Shown here: piece by piece, positions 60,147 through 64,000 of the stretch | How positions within the stretch are numbered: position 1 is the stretch's first letter | Layout: each line of letters starts with the position of its first letter | Source of the DNA: Octopus vulgaris | Taxonomy: Eukaryota | Assembly (NCBI GenBank): GCA_951406725.2 | Contig: OX597816.1 | Span: 28,520,001-28,584,000, forward strand | Length of the DNA stretch: 64,000 bases | Reading direction: 5' to 3' | The notes under the pieces: generated by a model | The model's input: only the letters and a program-made list of their open reading frames with translations | What the model was told of the DNA's origin: nothing | Database searches by the model: none | Made by a program: the position numbers and the translations under genes

Positions 60147-60697
60147 GTGGCTGCCCTCTCGTTATCGAGTATGGCCATTGCACGAAGCTTAATCAATGTT
60201 GTTATCGTGCAATGTCTGTGCAAGAAATTTTTTTTTAAAGTGAGGAAAGGCTGTGCACTGAGTCAATCCCACTCACTAAGCAACAACAGCCATAATCCGA
60301 AAAGAAGAACACAAGTTAACATCATCGGTAACCACTGAGCCGCAGGTTTTATGTCGGAGTTATCCCAGTTACCTGAGTTACCATCTCTTAGAAGGATGCC
60401 CTAACAGAGGCTTAGTGTCCTTCACTCCCAATGGTTTAACCGCGCGATCGGATATTCAGTCCGATTATTTCTATGTCCCCGCGCATAATACAGCCTTAAG
60501 ACATTTATTGGATGGCCGTTGACCCTCAAAAGTTCCTCCGTCCTTTGACGGGTTTTGTTTTTCATCCCGCAGGGTGTCCAATAAACACCCTCCTCACCAA
60601 GCAAGCTTGGTGGGGTTGCCGGTTTAGTCGCCGACGACCCGACCATGCAACAGGTTGTACTGGGTTACATGTTACCAGTAGCACTCGAAAGTGACCT

Positions 60698-60701
<4 letters not shown>
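60147..60701 (-). mobile_element. 550-bp non-autonomous retroelement (RTE-related), copy 2
   Basis: Collinear with 41623-42174 and inserted in (TA)n. Confidence 0.8.
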
Positions 60702-60747
<46 letters not shown>

Positions 60748-60764
60748 CACACACATATATGCTT

Positions 60765-63700
60765 ATTTTGCATGTTTATGACAGACCATCAAAGGTGAAG
60801 ACAATTTCCATCCAAGACGTCCATCCACATCCGCCTGCCACACATTATTATTTTTCATGGGAGCGATACAAGATAGGTGGATCCTGTAGCACTGAGAGGA
60901 ATTAAAGTACTGAAAGTCTTCCGCAAATGATCCGCAAGGGGAGTGGGGGTGATGACGACGTCCTTTCCTCTCTTCATGCATTTTCCTGCGTACGGTTTCA
61001 AAGTGCTCTACTCGAGCGTCACACACAGAACTCACTGCCGTCCGGTGAACAGTCAGAGGCTCCAACTGATTGGAAAGGACACTCCGCAAAAACGAGAGAC
61101 TACTTGATATGACCATGGAAACAAAGTTTTGGACATCTTTGAGGCCATCTTCTTCTCTTGAACTCGTTGAAGATGCTGTGGAAGCCTGTTACCAGGCATC
61201 TGAATTACATGGTTAGTCTAGCGAAGGAGACGGCGGAGTATGCAGGTATCAGCACCTGTAGATCCCAACCCTCAAGAGGACTTCAGTATGAGGCACCTTT
61301 CCCTTTAACGTCAGACTGAAGATATTTTGGAGTGATCTCTTCTAGCTGATTTATCTAGCACCGATGCACTAGCACTCAGACTCATACCGGAGGGTGGGTA
61401 TGAAGACAGCTCAATATACGGAAATTTTTGTACTTGCTCTAAGGGTCATGTTCTAAGAGATTTGTTAGCTGAGTCTCCCGAAAGATGTAGAAGCCAAGAT
61501 GTTCCGACGGGAGTATCTCCTAGTCAGCGAGTTTTAGAGTTTTAGAGATAGTGTTTCGAAGATAGCATAATGAGTCCTCTTGCAGTAGGAGAAGGTCATC
61601 AGTAACGATAGGCTGAGAGGGAGGTTAATACAGGAAGGCTGAATGGAAAACTTTAGTTTCATTTGATTCTCTTGAAGGCCGTGCCCAGAAAAGGCACTAT
61701 TCATTGAGATCAACGTATGTTGAAGAGAGGTTGGTGTTTGAGATGGTGTAGACGAATCGTTAGCACATTGAATCTACTACACCGTTGTTGAAAGAATTTT
61801 TGGTGTGGCTTTCAGGCGGCGGGCGTTAAAGATGCTGCCATCATAGCAGTGCGTAATATGAATTCCGTCTTCTTCAGTGAAATGTCACCTGGAGAGAGGG
61901 GTTACTGTCACTATGTAAATGATAAATAGTACAGGGACAAGGCTGCATCCTTGTTTCATCTCCACCTGCACATAAAAGGTTTCCGAGACATCACAGCCGA
62001 GTGTCACTCTTGCCGGCATACCAGCATGACACTTCTGGACGATTGAGAGAAAGGTTGATGGACAGCCTAACATCTGAAGCAGATACCATAACAGGAAAGT
62101 AAGTTGAGCATGTCAAACGCTTTTCTTAGATATTTAAGGAGTAGCATATGTCCCTCCACTGTTCACGACGCTTTTCAAAGAGAAGACGAGCCACGATATA
62201 TCTCACAAATTTTCCTTTCTAGTCGAAATTCATACTGGGACCCAAGCATAACCAAGTTGATTGCATGAAATAGTAGATAGTCGGAGGAGATTATGTAAAA
62301 AGGATCTTGCCGGTGTTAGGAAGAAGAGAAATAATTCTGCTTCTGTATGGTCTCCCTTGGGCTTATAGACTGACAAGATTAGTGTGTCCACCTGACCGGT
62401 ATGGTTTCTGCCAACAGAAAAGGCACAAAGAGTGAATATAGGATGTAAAGTGAGGTCCGTCATTGCTTTAATCCCATCTTCACTAGCAAATTTCTTGTTT
62501 TTGAGACTACAGGTGGATGTCATCAAGTGTTGTTGGTGGTTAAGCTATCTCAAGTAAGGAAAATCTGGAATTTCTTCAATTGCTGTAGAGTCCGTAGTGT
62601 TGACTCGATTCAGAAGTTCTTAAAACTGTTCGACCAAATTGTGAAGTATCGTAGTTTTCTCTTTCAATAAGGTACCACTTGAGTAGCCTTCTTTACGCGT
62701 GTACCGAAGATTCTCTTAATCGAGTCGTGGAATGCATATGCTTTGTTCTCGTTTGCAAAATCTTGCGTTTCGAAGATACCAATTGTTTTGAGCATTACTG
62801 ATGAAACATTGTATGGTGGTACGAGAATCCTGCCACTTTTAATGCAATGCTCCAGATCCCGGCTTGGAGAGAACAGCATCGTGAAGATTGAGTGCCGGAG
62901 GTCGTTGATGTCGTCTTGAATGAAGTGGCAAGATTTTGATCGAGGATGCATCCGGGAGAATTTGTAGATTGTTGGGAAATGCAAAACTGTGATGGTAATG
63001 ACAATTCCATGCTGAGAGCAGATAGCTAGAAAACGAATCCCACGTACTGTTCATTTTCCCAACGTCATGATGGCCAATTACGCCATGTCAGGTAAGAAGA
63101 CTTTGACTCTTGGCATTAAAGTCATGAGATTGCCAGACTTGGACATCCTTCGGTTGACGTTGTCCAAGAACATGTGGAACATGTCCTTGGATTTTTTCAG
63201 AAAAGTCGAAGGTGGGGGCAGCGGCACTGATGAGGTTGTTGTATGTACCTTCGGAGAGAGCGAGTCAGAGTGATGGTACGTTTACGCTGTCCCACAGGAA
63301 GTTCTACCATCATATTTCCAAGGAAGGTCTTCATAGCGGTAGCCACTCCATAAGTTCGGTTCTCTCTATCGGAGACACCCCTGCTGTGGAATGTGCATCC
63401 GTCGCCCTGTTCAATAGAAAGCCCTTATATCCACGTTCTAGGGGTTTAGGTTCCGATGCATCCAGGGAAATCCTTCGAGAGGACCATTAGATTAAGGAAT
63501 ATAAAGTAAAATTCTGACATTCCAGGAGTCAAACATTTAAAAAACATTTTGACTTCTTTAGAGGAATGACCTGCGAGGTGTTGTCTTCGACCGGATAGAA
63601 CGTAGTAAAGTATGTTTGGGTTACTTTTTCTAGGCCGTTCTTCGGCTTGAGGTAGGCTGTACTTTCCCTATGAGCAGGACCAAAGGAGTCTGTTGTCTCT

Positions 63701-63990
63701 TGGTGCAGACTTCAGCAACCGTCTTACTGATACCGATATCGTGCGAGCTTCGAGCTTCGAGCTAGAGGCTTCCAGCATCATCCATAAGGACCTCCGTCAC
63801 CAGCTGCCTATTGCCGTTAAACGTATGAGTAAGAAAAGAAAAAGAGGAGAAGAAAAAGGAAGGAGGAAGGCTAAGATAGTTCGAACTCTGCGCAAAGATT
63901 CGTTTACAATGATGAGAAGGGCGCGCAATCCTGCAAACACAACTTGATTTCTCCACAACGGGTCCAGTGACAAGGAGGAAATCCAGGAAA
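60765..63990 (-). mobile_element. Decayed RTE-clade LINE (APE endonuclease plus RT)
   Basis: Motifs SWNVRIL (about 63510-63527), MHPRSK, KAFDMLN, HAGMPARV..SETF..KQGCSLVPVLF, DGSIFNARRLKAT and QCANDS (degenerate YADD), with numerous stops and frameshifts. Confidence 0.88.
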
Positions 63991-64000
63991 ATTGGGGTCG

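Overview
AT-rich, microsatellite-saturated animal DNA with no intact protein-coding gene that I can support. The SINE families and repeat landscape suggest an octopus-like (coleoid) genome; this is an inference. Most ORFs in the supplied track are translations of (TA)n, (CA)n, (AAT)n or (GAT)n arrays. The real content is mobile DNA: a decayed maT/DD37D Tc1-mariner (33-1253), a decayed Chapaev3-type transposon (3859-6291), a non-autonomous Helitron (44138-44532), a decayed RTE LINE (about 60765-63990), two copies of a 550-bp RTE-related non-autonomous element, three tRNA-derived SINE families, and Penelope-like elements (PLEs), probably of the Naiad type. The most notable pattern is a set of hammerhead-ribozyme (HHR) cores located in inverted-repeat (foldback) elements next to TA arrays. 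These are a 3.2-kb RT+GIY-YIG PLE with inverted arms, two ORF-less palindromes (about 780 and 400 bp), and several short pseudo-LTR relics. One weak candidate terminal exon with Ly6/uPAR-like cysteine spacing lies at 3440-3603 on the minus strand. All alignments and RNA pairings were done by eye.
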